A DNA stretch of 64,000 nt from an uncultured Thermococci archaeon (GTDB taxonomy: Archaea; CAYQAE01; CAYVLA01). Below the pieces are notes generated by a model. It was not told the origin of the DNA and did no database searches. It saw nothing but the letters and a program-made list of their open reading frames with translations. The stretch is from contig CAZJVP010000020.1 in the NCBI GenBank assembly GCA_964549615.1, positions 160,001-224,000 on the forward strand, read 5' to 3'. The first letter of the stretch is position 1. Each line of letters opens with the position of its first letter. This document shows, one piece after another, positions 28,816 to 38,779 of the stretch. The position numbers and the translations under genes were made by a program.

Positions 28816-29658
28816 CTAGAAAGGATCGGCGATGACCGGGTTGGAAAGGATGCCGATGCCCTGCACCTCGCACTCAACCACGTCGCCGGGGACGATCGGT
28901 CCTATTCCCTCCGGTGTGCCGGTGGATATTATGTCCCCTGGCTCAAGGGTCATGTGCATGGAGATGAACTCGATGAGCCTGTCAACGCCGAATATCATGT
29001 CACGGGTGTTGCCCCTCTGCCTGACCTGCTTGTTGACGCGGCACTCAAGCGCCAGGTCGTGAGGATCCCCGATCTGATCCGCCGTCACGATTCTAGGGCC
29101 CATCGGACAGAACGTATCGAGGCTCTTGGAGCGGAACCAAGGCTTCCCGGACTCGATGTCCCTCTTCTGCATCTCCCTCGCAGAGACATCGTTCACCACC
29201 GTGTAGCCGAACACCTTCTTCAAGGCATCCGCCCTCGGGGTCCTCCACGCTGGCCCTCCGATGACGACCGCCAGCTCCACCTCGTGGTCCACCCTCTTGC
29301 AGATCCTGTGGTGGACGATCGGGTCGCCCGGGCCGATGACGGCGCTGGAGGCCTTCGGGAAGATGATGGGTTCGTCAGGTACGGGAGCCCCCGATTCTCT
29401 CGCATGGGCCTCGTAATTCCTACCAAGGCACACTATCTTCCCAGGCCTAGCGATCGGGGCAAGCACCTTCACGTCCGCGGCCCGGATCCGATCCTTTGGT
29501 CTTGCGCGATCCGCCAGAGCCTCGATCCGCGTCGGGTCCGCCGCGTACTTAGCTATGAGCTTCTGCATATCGGGCTCAAAGTCCAACCTGACCACCATGC
29601 CCTCTTCCTCAAGCCCCAAGCCTATTCTCTGACCGTGTTCGAACCTAACTAGCTTCAA
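28816..29658 (-). CDS. Fumarylacetoacetate hydrolase family protein
   Basis: CLGRNYEAHARE, DHEVELAVVIG, NDVSAR, KSLDTFCPMGP, GDIISTGTP. Confidence 0.94.
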   Translation of the reverse strand: MKLVRFEHGQRIGLGLEEEGMVVRLDFEPDMQKLIAKYAADPTRIEALADRARPKDRIRAADVKVLAPIARPGKIVCLGRNYEAHARESGAPVPDEPIIFPKASSAVIGPGDPIVHHRICKRVDHEVELAVVIGGPAWRTPRADALKKVFGYTVVNDVSAREMQKRDIESGKPWFRSKSLDTFCPMGPRIVTADQIGDPHDLALECRVNKQVRQRGNTRDMIFGVDRLIEFISMHMTLEPGDIISTGTPEGIGPIVPGDVVECEVQGIGILSNPVIADPF

Positions 29659-30285
29659 CTACATCCCCTCGATCACGATTGCCCGCGCCGGGGCGGCGTC
29701 CACCCCGCTGATCCTCAGCGGCAGCGCAACCAGGTACACCTTGTCCGATTTCACCTGGTCCAGGCCTACCACGTTCTCCACCTGACAGCAACCGGACCCG
29801 AGCACGATGTTGTGCACCTCTAGGGACAAGGGAACGTCGGTCACCAGACACCTAACCCCTCTCTCCACCAGAAGTTCAGCGAACCCTTCGTCGACCTTAG
29901 GACACTCGGCGTAGTACGCATCCGTTGCCCATTTCCTGTGCCAGCCGGTGTCGAGGATGATCCTGCGCTCGTCTATGAGGCCGGCTTCCACCGCTTCCCG
30001 CCCTATGACCTGTTTTGGCGCAGCCTTGATCCGGAGCACCCTTGCCGGGCCCACGAGCGCGTCCAAGGGGACCTGGTCCACCGGCAAACCGTTCCTGATG
30101 ACGTGCATGGGCGCATCCACATGCGTTCCGGAATGACTTCCCATCAATATCCTGCTGGTTCGGCATCTCACCTTCTCGTAAGTCCCCTCTTCGGTGATGG
30201 AGACGGCGACATGGTCGGGCCTCGGGAACCTGAACATCCCGGTGGTCACCGGAACCGATATGTCGATGATCCTTGCCTGCGGCAT
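29659..30285 (-). CDS. Cyclase family (kynurenine formamidase-like) metal hydrolase
   Basis: IIDISVP, HSGTHVDAPMH (HxGTHxDxPxH), VEN, PLRI.GVDAAPARA; ATG 30285 inferred. Confidence 0.9.
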   Translation of the reverse strand: MPQARIIDISVPVTTGMFRFPRPDHVAVSITEEGTYEKVRCRTSRILMGSHSGTHVDAPMHVIRNGLPVDQVPLDALVGPARVLRIKAAPKQVIGREAVEAGLIDERRIILDTGWHRKWATDAYYAECPKVDEGFAELLVERGVRCLVTDVPLSLEVHNIVLGSGCCQVENVVGLDQVKSDKVYLVALPLRISGVDAAPARAIVIEGM

Positions 30286-30511
30286 TGACCAGCCAGCAAT
30301 GAACGGCCCTCTTAAGGATTTTGTAGGCCGTAGCCGTGGGATGGGGCGCAGAAAGGTCGCAGCTGGGTCGCGGGAGGGCCGCGAAGCCGGCCGGAAAGGC
30401 CTGCACACGAAAAACGAGAAGAATAGAGCTACGACAAGGCAAGGACGATGCGGCACTGCCAGCCGCTCCGAAAAGGTTTTCAGCAATCCGAGGAACAGCA
30501 AGACGACCTAG

Positions 30512-31714
30512 ATGAAAGGCAGCTGGGCAGTTGCTTCTCTGTTACTCCTTTGGTTATGCTCACAGCCGCTGTCAGCCGCCCAAGGCGCGGGGCAGATCAG
30601 GCTGCTGCTCATCGGCGATGTCACCCTTGGGGAGTCACCCATCCAAGAATGGCTCCGTGACGACCCAGCGATGAGATTTGAGATCATCCCGTGCAACGTG
30701 GAGAACATACCAGTTGAGGACCAGTACAAGGCCGCCAGGATCTACACGCCGCGGACCGAGCAGGATTTCGCTGCGCGGTTCGATGCGATGGTCATGCTCG
30801 ACACCAATCTGTACTTCTTCGACGACACCCAGATACACAGGTTCTACGTCATGGTGGCGAAATACGGCATCGGAGTCTTCCACAGCCCAAACCAGCACAA
30901 GGGGCAACCCGTCCACGATGGCTTTGCCAATACCGAGATGGGGCAGGTCTTTCCACACGACTATTCGACCGACTTCGGATGGCCCATCGAGAAATCGTAC
31001 ACTGTAGTGGTCAACAGGAACCCCGACCTAGAGCCGGTCCTGACGACCTTCTTGGACTACGGAATAGAGCAGGTAAGGGGGGCCAAGTACGGCAAGCTAA
31101 CGGCAAGATCCGGGTCGACGATCTGGGCAACCATGATTCCGCAAAACCTGCCCTGGCAGATCTCGTGGGAATACGGTGAGAAGAACGCCAGGACGTGGTG
31201 TACCGCCGAGGATGTGGACGACCCTTGGTGGAACGTGATCAGCAACCCGTATGGGACCGATGTGTTTCTGAACATCGTCCTTTACATCAACCGAAGGAAG
31301 CTTCCCGAGAACATACCGATGATCCACCAGCTCCGTAACCAGTTCAAGGAGTACAGGACAAGAAGGGCCCTGATCTACGGCATTCTGGACTTCGCCGACA
31401 AGTTCGGCGCAAACCCCTCCAAGGTAGACCTCGCGATAACCGAGCTGGACAAGAGAAGGGAAAAGGCATTCGAAAGTTACACGGGGCAGGACTTCGCGGA
31501 GGCCCTGGAACAGATGAATGCCGCCCTGCAGCGGATGTCGGAGGTCGAGAAGGATGCCATGGAACTCAAGGATAGGGCCCTGTTCTGGATCTACGTGGTC
31601 GAATGGCTGAGCGTAACTGGCACAAGCATCCTCGCGGGCTCCGTGATCTGGGCTCTCATGGTGAAGAGGAAGCTGTACAAGGAAGTGGTCACGACCAAGA
31701 GCACGGAGGCATAG
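30512..31714 (+). CDS. Secreted, C-terminally membrane-anchored protein (GATase1-like domain, helical stalk, TM); paralog of 32639-33859
   Basis: Signal peptide; IRLLLIGD; C-terminal FADKFGAN...LKDRALFWIYVVEWLSVTG...WALMVKRKLY. Confidence 0.75.
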   Translation: MKGSWAVASLLLLWLCSQPLSAAQGAGQIRLLLIGDVTLGESPIQEWLRDDPAMRFEIIPCNVENIPVEDQYKAARIYTPRTEQDFAARFDAMVMLDTNLYFFDDTQIHRFYVMVAKYGIGVFHSPNQHKGQPVHDGFANTEMGQVFPHDYSTDFGWPIEKSYTVVVNRNPDLEPVLTTFLDYGIEQVRGAKYGKLTARSGSTIWATMIPQNLPWQISWEYGEKNARTWCTAEDVDDPWWNVISNPYGTDVFLNIVLYINRRKLPENIPMIHQLRNQFKEYRTRRALIYGILDFADKFGANPSKVDLAITELDKRREKAFESYTGQDFAEALEQMNAALQRMSEVEKDAMELKDRALFWIYVVEWLSVTGTSILAGSVIWALMVKRKLYKEVVTTKSTEA

Positions 31715-31718
31715 GGCC

Positions 31719-32561
31719 ATGATGATAAGCAGGGAGTATCTCGGCGTCGTCCTCATCGCGGTGGTTTTCTCCACGATCCTCACCCTCTTCATCATCGGGG
31801 AGAGGCCCGAGAGACCGGTGGAGATCCTGAGGAACGAGGCCCCGCCGCTCCAGTTCGGATCGGACCAGAAGTTCGGCTATGCCTTCAGCCTCGTGTTCAG
31901 GCGCGACTCCGACGAGGTGAAGGTGAAGTTCTCGTGGTTCAGACCGATGACTATGCTCCTCACGGAAAACGCGACGGGCGCCACGTTCGAGGAGGTGCTC
32001 CCCAAGTTCCAGAAGATCCGGATGCTGGACCATTTTCTCTCCGCCTTCGATGCAAAGCCCGAGAGGATCGAGCAGAATTTCTGGCCCGAGACCTATCCCG
32101 ACTCGCAGACCCTGATCCTAGACTACTCGGGCGCCCTCAAGGTAGGGATGACCGAGATCTCCCACCTCGTTCACCCGATCTACATATTCGTGCTCAAGGA
32201 CGGGAAGATCACGGACTACTACGAGGGGATCGCGGACTACTTCCCAGAGAGGGAATGGCGAGAGTTCGGAGGGGACACGGTGAAGCCTGTGAGGGATCCC
32301 AGGACTTCCGGCAGCGTGGAGTTTGGGCTGGACGAGAACAGGACAAAGTATGTGTCCTTGGGGGAGAAAAGGCTCATGCCGGAGCTGCACTCCGTTTACG
32401 AACTCCCTCCATACGGCGAGCTGACGTTCACAAACGTCAAGAAGGACCAGAGGCTCACCGTCATGACCTTCGTCTCAGGCAGGGCCTTGGGCTTTGTCTC
32501 CCAGAGGGAGATGATACGCGTTTACCTCAACGGCAAGCTTGAGATGATCCAGATCAACTAG
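31719..32561 (+). CDS. Membrane-anchored hypothetical protein
   Basis: 280-aa ORF 4 nt after the previous stop, single N-terminal TM, coding-like codon usage. Confidence 0.75.
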   Translation: MMISREYLGVVLIAVVFSTILTLFIIGERPERPVEILRNEAPPLQFGSDQKFGYAFSLVFRRDSDEVKVKFSWFRPMTMLLTENATGATFEEVLPKFQKIRMLDHFLSAFDAKPERIEQNFWPETYPDSQTLILDYSGALKVGMTEISHLVHPIYIFVLKDGKITDYYEGIADYFPEREWREFGGDTVKPVRDPRTSGSVEFGLDENRTKYVSLGEKRLMPELHSVYELPPYGELTFTNVKKDQRLTVMTFVSGRALGFVSQREMIRVYLNGKLEMIQIN

Positions 32562-32638
32562 GCGCGAAACGGCAACCCGCTCCGGCTTTGCAAGCTTCTC
32601 GGCAATGCCGCTAGATCCGCCTGCTGGTTGGTTCGTCG

Positions 32639-33859
32639 CTAGCGCGCTCGGGTGGTGCCGATCTCGCGATACAACTTCCTTTGCACCATGAGGGCCCAGA
32701 CCACGACTCCACACGCCATTAGGGCGCCGGAAACGGCCAACCATTCGCTCACGTAGATCCACTGAAGGGCCCGATCTTTCAGCCTCAGGGCCTTGGACTC
32801 CAAGTCCCTGATGGCTTTCAGAAGGGAGGCGAAATGGTCCAAGACCTCCTGATAGTTCTGCTCCAGGTACAATGCGTTGGCCTTCTCCCTCTCGCCTTCG
32901 ACCAAGGACATCCCTTCTTCTATCGCAACCGAGCTTGCGCCGAACTTCTCGATGAACCCCATCATGTCACGCAGCAGGGCGACACGCTGAGCGTATTCGG
33001 AGAAGTAGTTCCTGATCAAGTGCATGATCTCCGGGTCGCTCGGCACGTCCGCGCCGCATGAGTAATACTCCAGGTTCAGAACGAAATCGTGCCAGTATCC
33101 CCATTCCTTCACCCACCTTTCGGAGTAATGGCCGTGAAGATCGCACGCGAAGATCACCGACGCGCCCTGGCCAAGGTCCCAGTACGCCAGGGCAGGATGC
33201 CCACTCTTCCCATCATCTGCAAGAAGGGTTGCTCCTTCTTTCTTCGTGAGCTTGTTCAGCGCGAGCAGCGGGGGCGCGGTCTTCCAAGGCAACGACCGCA
33301 TCAGGGGATCATCTTCTTCCAGGACCCTGACCATGATAGGACCCTCGACGAACTGGTTGGTGTGCACATAGACGGGAAGGACCTCCTGCTCGATCCTAGT
33401 CCCTTTCCATTCGCCCTTTTGGGCGCTCGCCCCGCCGAAACCTCTGTGGCCATTCGTCATCAGCAGGCCCAGACCCTGTTCGGTCACGGCGCGCGTGAAG
33501 TCGTTCTGCCACCTTGGGGTGATCATGGCGGCGTCGACGCCCGCCAGATGGACGAGGTCTTTGTTTGCGACAAGGTCGTCATAGCTCTTGGGCATGTACA
33601 GTCGCATGTACCTGGCGTTCTCCTCGTCCGTGTACCAGACCGTGATGATCGGGACCAGTGTGGCATCTATCTTGGGGTCGAGGAGGAGTATTCTACCGGG
33701 CGACGTCCCCCAGAAAGCGGTGCCTATGAAGAGGATCCTGAGCCTACCCGTGGCAGGGTCCTGTCGTGGCGTCCTGCCCGCACAGAAGGGAGAGCAGAAG
33801 AACAAAAGGAGGCAGACCGAAGCAACGAACCTGCGGTTTGACGAGCAGGGCCGGCTCAT
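32639..33859 (-). CDS. Secreted, C-terminally membrane-anchored protein (GATase1-like domain, helical stalk, TM)
   Basis: Signal peptide; LRILFIG, GLGLLMTNGHRGFG, VLPV, YWDLGQG; C-terminal FIEKFGAS...LKDRALQWIYVSEWLAVSG...WALMVQRKLY. Confidence 0.78.
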   Translation of the reverse strand: MSRPCSSNRRFVASVCLLLFFCSPFCAGRTPRQDPATGRLRILFIGTAFWGTSPGRILLLDPKIDATLVPIITVWYTDEENARYMRLYMPKSYDDLVANKDLVHLAGVDAAMITPRWQNDFTRAVTEQGLGLLMTNGHRGFGGASAQKGEWKGTRIEQEVLPVYVHTNQFVEGPIMVRVLEEDDPLMRSLPWKTAPPLLALNKLTKKEGATLLADDGKSGHPALAYWDLGQGASVIFACDLHGHYSERWVKEWGYWHDFVLNLEYYSCGADVPSDPEIMHLIRNYFSEYAQRVALLRDMMGFIEKFGASSVAIEEGMSLVEGEREKANALYLEQNYQEVLDHFASLLKAIRDLESKALRLKDRALQWIYVSEWLAVSGALMACGVVVWALMVQRKLYREIGTTRAR

Positions 33860-33879
33860 GGCTCCCGCATCCCGTTGCG

Positions 33880-35292
33880 TCAGTTGCACGTCCTCCATTT
33901 CGTGCCCCACTCGGTGTCCTCCAGGATCACTCCTTCATCGCGCAGCCTAGCACGAATTCTGTCGGCGGCCTCCCAGTTCTTCGACGCCCTCGCGGCCTCG
34001 CGTTCCCGGATCATCTCGGCCTGCCGGGGCGTCAGCGCTGCAGGTCTTGGGAACTGGAGGCCAAGTACCGCTGCGAACGACTCGAAGGCCTCCCTTGCTG
34101 CCTCCAGAACCGCGCGGTTCCTAGCCACAAGCAGGTACCGGTTCAGGCCCTTCGCGAGCTCGTGGAATGCCCCCAGCGCGAGCGGGCTGTTGAAGTCGTC
34201 ATCCATGGCCGCATCGAACCGTTGCCTGGCCTCCTGGATTTCCTTCAGGGCCGGCCGATCGAACGCGGTGCTTCGATCGTCCGATGTCTGTAAAGCGAAA
34301 AGCACGTTCTCGTAGGCATTCCTCAGCCTCTCGTAGTTGCTCCTCGCGTTCTCGGCGAACTCCTTGGTGTAGTCAAGGATCTTGCGGTAATGGGCGGAGG
34401 CGAACATGTACCTCACGACGCTGCTGGGATAGTCCTTTAGCACATCGTCCAGGGTGATGTAGTTCCCCAGGGACTTGCTCATCTTTTCACCGCCGACCGT
34501 GAGGTGTTCGCCGTGGACCCAGTATCTGACGAACTTCTTGCCCGTGTAGCATTCCGACTGCGCGATCTCGTTCTCGTGGTGGGGGAAGATCAGGTCGACG
34601 CCTCCGGTGTGTATGTCGATGGTGGGCCCGAGGTACTTCAGGGACAGAGCCGAGCACTCTATGTGCCAGCCGGGCCTCACCTTTCCCCATTTCGATTCGA
34701 AGAATATCCCCCTCGCAACCTCGGAGTCGGTCGATTTCTTTAGGAGCGCGAAGTCCTGCGGACTGTCCTTGCTGTACTCATCGACATCCACCCTCGCACC
34801 TGGCCTGATCCCAGCCAGATCGATCCGGGATAGCCTCCCGTAGCCGGGGAACGCAGATACGTCGAAGTACACGCTTCCGTCCCGCTCGTACGCGAACCCC
34901 TTCTTCTCCAGATTTTCAACGATCTCCAACATGAAATCGACGTTCTCCGTCGCACGCGGGTAGGCGTGAGCGGGTAGCACGTTCAGCTTGCGAAGCCCGT
35001 CGAAGAATATCTCCTCGTACTTGCGCGTGTAATCCTTAAGAGGGACACCGAGCTCGCCCGACCTCTTTATGGTCTTGTCGTCGATGTCGGTTATGTTCAT
35101 CACCTGCTTGACAGCGTACCCCCGGTACTCCAAGTAGCGGCGCACATTGTCGCTCATCACAAAGCTTCTATAGTTGCCGAGATGGGGCACATCGTAAACG
35201 GTGGGGCCGCAGCAATACATCCCGACGCGGCCTTCGTGCAGAGGGACGAAATCCTCCTTCTTCCTCGATTCCGTGTTGAAGATCCTGAGCAC
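33880..35292 (-). CDS. cysS: Cysteine--tRNA ligase
   Basis: CGPTVY..HLGN, NITDIDDK, RPGWHIECS, GGVDLIFPHHENE, KMSKS, DDDFN. Confidence 0.97.
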   Translation of the reverse strand: MLRIFNTESRKKEDFVPLHEGRVGMYCCGPTVYDVPHLGNYRSFVMSDNVRRYLEYRGYAVKQVMNITDIDDKTIKRSGELGVPLKDYTRKYEEIFFDGLRKLNVLPAHAYPRATENVDFMLEIVENLEKKGFAYERDGSVYFDVSAFPGYGRLSRIDLAGIRPGARVDVDEYSKDSPQDFALLKKSTDSEVARGIFFESKWGKVRPGWHIECSALSLKYLGPTIDIHTGGVDLIFPHHENEIAQSECYTGKKFVRYWVHGEHLTVGGEKMSKSLGNYITLDDVLKDYPSSVVRYMFASAHYRKILDYTKEFAENARSNYERLRNAYENVLFALQTSDDRSTAFDRPALKEIQEARQRFDAAMDDDFNSPLALGAFHELAKGLNRYLLVARNRAVLEAAREAFESFAAVLGLQFPRPAALTPRQAEMIREREAARASKNWEAADRIRARLRDEGVILEDTEWGTKWRTCN

Positions 35293-35979
35293 TAACACCC
35301 GCGCATCCCAAACGCACATTAAACTTTATGCGCAGATGATGGCAATTCACGGGATGTGATCCGGTTCCAACACGTGGCGGTCGGGGTCCGGATCATTCTT
35401 CTCTGGCCTCGACACGCCTGCCCGGATACGATGCTGCATATGGCAAACCCAAGCAGGCTAACGTTGACCGGGTTTTGGATTGCGAAGGTTGGAACCCGCT
35501 CACGTACGGGCTGGTCGCCCGTAGCATAAGCCAAGGTCCGGCGCCGACAATTCTCTGGATCCCGGGTAACAAGGGCCCGTTGATGTTGATTCTGCCCCTC
35601 TGTAGGCCTGGCGGCGAGAGGAAAGGAGCGATTGACGTGTTCGGGCATCCTAGCCTGTTAGGGCGCACGACCGGCGCAGCGGACTGCGACACCGTGGTGA
35701 CGAGCAAAGCGAAGCCGAAGGAGCTCAAGAGGATCGTATGGTACAACACTGTACAGCCGCACGCCCTTGCAGCCCACAATGACGACGTAATGCAATGCTG
35801 TGGCTTGACAAGCGCACTGGGAACAGTTCCGCGCTCAGACCTGGTTCCACCTCCTGTTCTTTCTCGGGGTCTGCGCAGCATTTTCACCTTGTCCCGAACC
35901 ACTTGAGGAAGAAGGAAAAGCAGCCGACCCTGCAGTTGGCTACGTCAGCTTTTTCAGGTTCCGGGCCTACCCAGCGCCG

Positions 35980-38775
35980 TTGTCCTTTTCCCTCAAGTTC
36001 GGCGCTGAGAACCTTGTAAAGAATAAGGGAAGGTCCCTCGCGGCGCTGGCCGGAAGCCTCCTAGCCGTAACTCTGATTGCAGGTGCCAACATTTCGGTCG
36101 ATGTTGCAACGAACAAGATCCTGCTCTTTGCCCTTGAGGACACACCGATCGACATGGTGGTCGGCTTCGCGGGCTCCAAAGAGCCCCATGACCTGTCCGG
36201 CACCCTCGAGGCCCTTTCTGGAATCGACGTGGCCGAGCCCGTCCTTTTGGCCAGACCCGTGATCATGGTAAACATGAGCGGAACCGTATCCCACAGCTCG
36301 GTCCGGCTCTTGGGCGTGAACCCAAGCTTCGGTCGCGTTGCTGACAGGCTCCTTGTCGATGTTCCGGAGTTCGACCTTGGGCCAGACGAGATGGTCGCCA
36401 CAAAAGGATTCCTGAGCATTCTAAGGAGCTTCGGGTTGATGGTTGGCCCGGGGGACAACCTGACACTGTACCTTCATAGACGCCCGGACGGGGCGACCGA
36501 ACCCGAATGGATGGCCCAGAACTTCCTGATTAAGGCCGCGGTCGAGCCTCGGGAGCAACGCTGGGGGAGCAGCTTCGGTGGGACGTACCTCTCCGACTGC
36601 GTTTTCATCAACAAGTCGCGAGCACGGGAGCTCATGGATGAGTTTGAGGCGAGCTTCTTCAACATCTTCCCTCCCACCGGCCCAGGGGTTCTGGACCGTG
36701 GCATCTTCACCATGCCTTCGGCCGCGGTCTATCTCGTCCTGCTGGACCGCCAGCAGATCGTCATTAAGACCGACGCCGAGGCCACCCGGAAGAACATCGA
36801 GTTTGTCGCAAACGACGTAGAGCTTGCCCTTGCAGACAATAACCCGTACGTGGAGACGCCGATCGTAAACGCGATCGATAGATATGCCGCCCAGCTTGAG
36901 CAGAGCAGGGCAGTCTTCCTCGTGGCGTCTCTGCCCGTCATAGCGCTCGGCATCTACCTAGCCATGATCGGCATCGATGTGGGATTCGGACGCAGAAGGG
37001 CCGAGATAGCCCTGCTTAAGTCGAGAGGGGCAAGCAAGAGGCAGATCTCGCTGCTTCTCTTCGCGGAGTCATCGATCTTGGGCGTCCTCGCCGGGGTGGT
37101 TGGCCTTCTGCTGGGGGCCCTCATCACCGGGTTCATCATCTTCCCCCTGCCCCAGAAGGCGATTTCACTGAGCTTGTCCGACATTACCCTGTTGGGCATC
37201 TCGCCGCTCACCATCTTGGTCTGCGTCATCCTTGGAGTTGCGATGATGGTGCTCGCCTCGCACAGGCCCATCAGGAGGATCAACCAGATCGACGTGATCG
37301 AGGCGCTGGGCAAGTACTCCGCAAGCTACGAGACGGAGGAGTACCGCAAAAAGACGGATATCATCCTCGTCCTCTTCCCCACGGCCGTCTACGGTGCGAT
37401 CCTGACGCTTCAGGGCGAGATAGGCAGGGGGCCGAGCCTCTTGCTTTTCCTGCTCTACATATTCCTGGCCATCGGCACCCTGACCCTTCCATTTACACCT
37501 TTCATGCTAATCCTCGGCGCTACCCGCATGCTCACGAGAGGAACAAATAGGACGTACGAACTAGTTTCCCGGGCGTTCAAGCCCCTCGTCGGGGCAATGC
37601 ATCCCCTCGTCGCCAAGAACCTTTCGCGGAATCCAAGGCGAACCTCCCGGGTCGCGGTGCTCATTGCACTCTCGTTGTCCTTCGGCACCTTCATCATGGT
37701 CTTCAGCTCGACCGAGCAAAGGCTCCAGGAATCCACCATCCTCTTCGAGGTGGGCTCGGATATCAAGATCACGAGCTCCCTGTCGCTTGATCACAGGTTA
37801 TTGCGAAGCATCGATGGGGTGGAGCTGACCAGCGAGATCTTCCAGGCCTCGGGACAAAGCCGGCTGGGAACCATCGCCGTCTACGCCCTCGACCCGCGCG
37901 ATTATGCTTCTTGCGTCCGGGAAAACTCGCTCTTCACGAGAAAGCTGGCCCACCTGCTCGACGAGTTGTCCACCGAGAGAGCCGGCGCACTGGTCCTCAA
38001 GACGAGGCGCGAGACCGAATGGAAGGAGGGCCAGGCGATATCCGTGCCGGTCGCAGCGGGCGGTGAGTCCAAGCAGGTCGACTTCCGGGTCCTCGGGTTC
38101 TTCGACTATGCACCGGGCGTGGAACAGACCCTGCACAAGGGACCTTGGGATGCACCTGCCTTGCTGGTGAGGACGGACTACCTGGCGGAAGAGCTTCCGA
38201 ACCTTCAGATCAGCGGCCAGTCAGCCATCCTGATCAAGAAGGCCAAGGACGCCAACTCATCCGCAATCGTCGACGCCATTCTCAAGTCCAACCCGGAGCT
38301 TGCGTCCTGGAACGTGAGAAGCGCGGAACAGATGCTCGCCGAGCGCGAGAGAGAACCGATGGTCACGGCGGTCTTCTCCTTCATGAAGCTCGAGTTCATC
38401 TTCACGATGGTCATGTCCACCTTCGGGTTGGGCCTGGTGATGTATATGGCCGCGACCGAGAGGCAGAACGAGGTGGCGGGACTGATGTCCCGCGGCGTGG
38501 CGAGCCGGCAGGTGATGAAGATCCTCGCTGCCGAAGCGTTCTCGATAGTGATCATAGGTTTTGCGATCGGAATTCCCGTCGGCGGGCTCGTCGTCTACGT
38601 CCTTCGAACGGTCATGAACAGGGCCATGGGAATCTCCATACCGGTGCCCTTCGTATTCCCAGGCGCCCTCTTCATCCTGCTCGGGTTGACGGCCGCGGCG
38701 CTCGGAGCGGCCTCACTCTTTAGCGCCATAAGGATCAGCCGAATAAAGCCAAGCGACGTACTGAGGGTGAGGTGA
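35980..38775 (+). CDS. ABC transporter permease, FtsX/MacB family with duplicated halves
   Basis: RRRAEIALLKSRGAS and ERQNEVAGLMSRGVAS repeats, multiple TMs, two large extracellular domains. Confidence 0.9.
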   Translation: MSFSLKFGAENLVKNKGRSLAALAGSLLAVTLIAGANISVDVATNKILLFALEDTPIDMVVGFAGSKEPHDLSGTLEALSGIDVAEPVLLARPVIMVNMSGTVSHSSVRLLGVNPSFGRVADRLLVDVPEFDLGPDEMVATKGFLSILRSFGLMVGPGDNLTLYLHRRPDGATEPEWMAQNFLIKAAVEPREQRWGSSFGGTYLSDCVFINKSRARELMDEFEASFFNIFPPTGPGVLDRGIFTMPSAAVYLVLLDRQQIVIKTDAEATRKNIEFVANDVELALADNNPYVETPIVNAIDRYAAQLEQSRAVFLVASLPVIALGIYLAMIGIDVGFGRRRAEIALLKSRGASKRQISLLLFAESSILGVLAGVVGLLLGALITGFIIFPLPQKAISLSLSDITLLGISPLTILVCVILGVAMMVLASHRPIRRINQIDVIEALGKYSASYETEEYRKKTDIILVLFPTAVYGAILTLQGEIGRGPSLLLFLLYIFLAIGTLTLPFTPFMLILGATRMLTRGTNRTYELVSRAFKPLVGAMHPLVAKNLSRNPRRTSRVAVLIALSLSFGTFIMVFSSTEQRLQESTILFEVGSDIKITSSLSLDHRLLRSIDGVELTSEIFQASGQSRLGTIAVYALDPRDYASCVRENSLFTRKLAHLLDELSTERAGALVLKTRRETEWKEGQAISVPVAAGGESKQVDFRVLGFFDYAPGVEQTLHKGPWDAPALLVRTDYLAEELPNLQISGQSAILIKKAKDANSSAIVDAILKSNPELASWNVRSAEQMLAEREREPMVTAVFSFMKLEFIFTMVMSTFGLGLVMYMAATERQNEVAGLMSRGVASRQVMKILAAEAFSIVIIGFAIGIPVGGLVVYVLRTVMNRAMGISIPVPFVFPGALFILLGLTAAALGAASLFSAIRISRIKPSDVLRVR

Positions 38776-38779
38776 GATC

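Noticed and set aside
30286-30501. In-frame N-terminal extension of the cyclase ORF with a signal-peptide-like stretch
   Set aside because: Cyclases start at the IIDIS strand; the extension more likely reflects intergenic sequence or a relic of a secreted-family gene.
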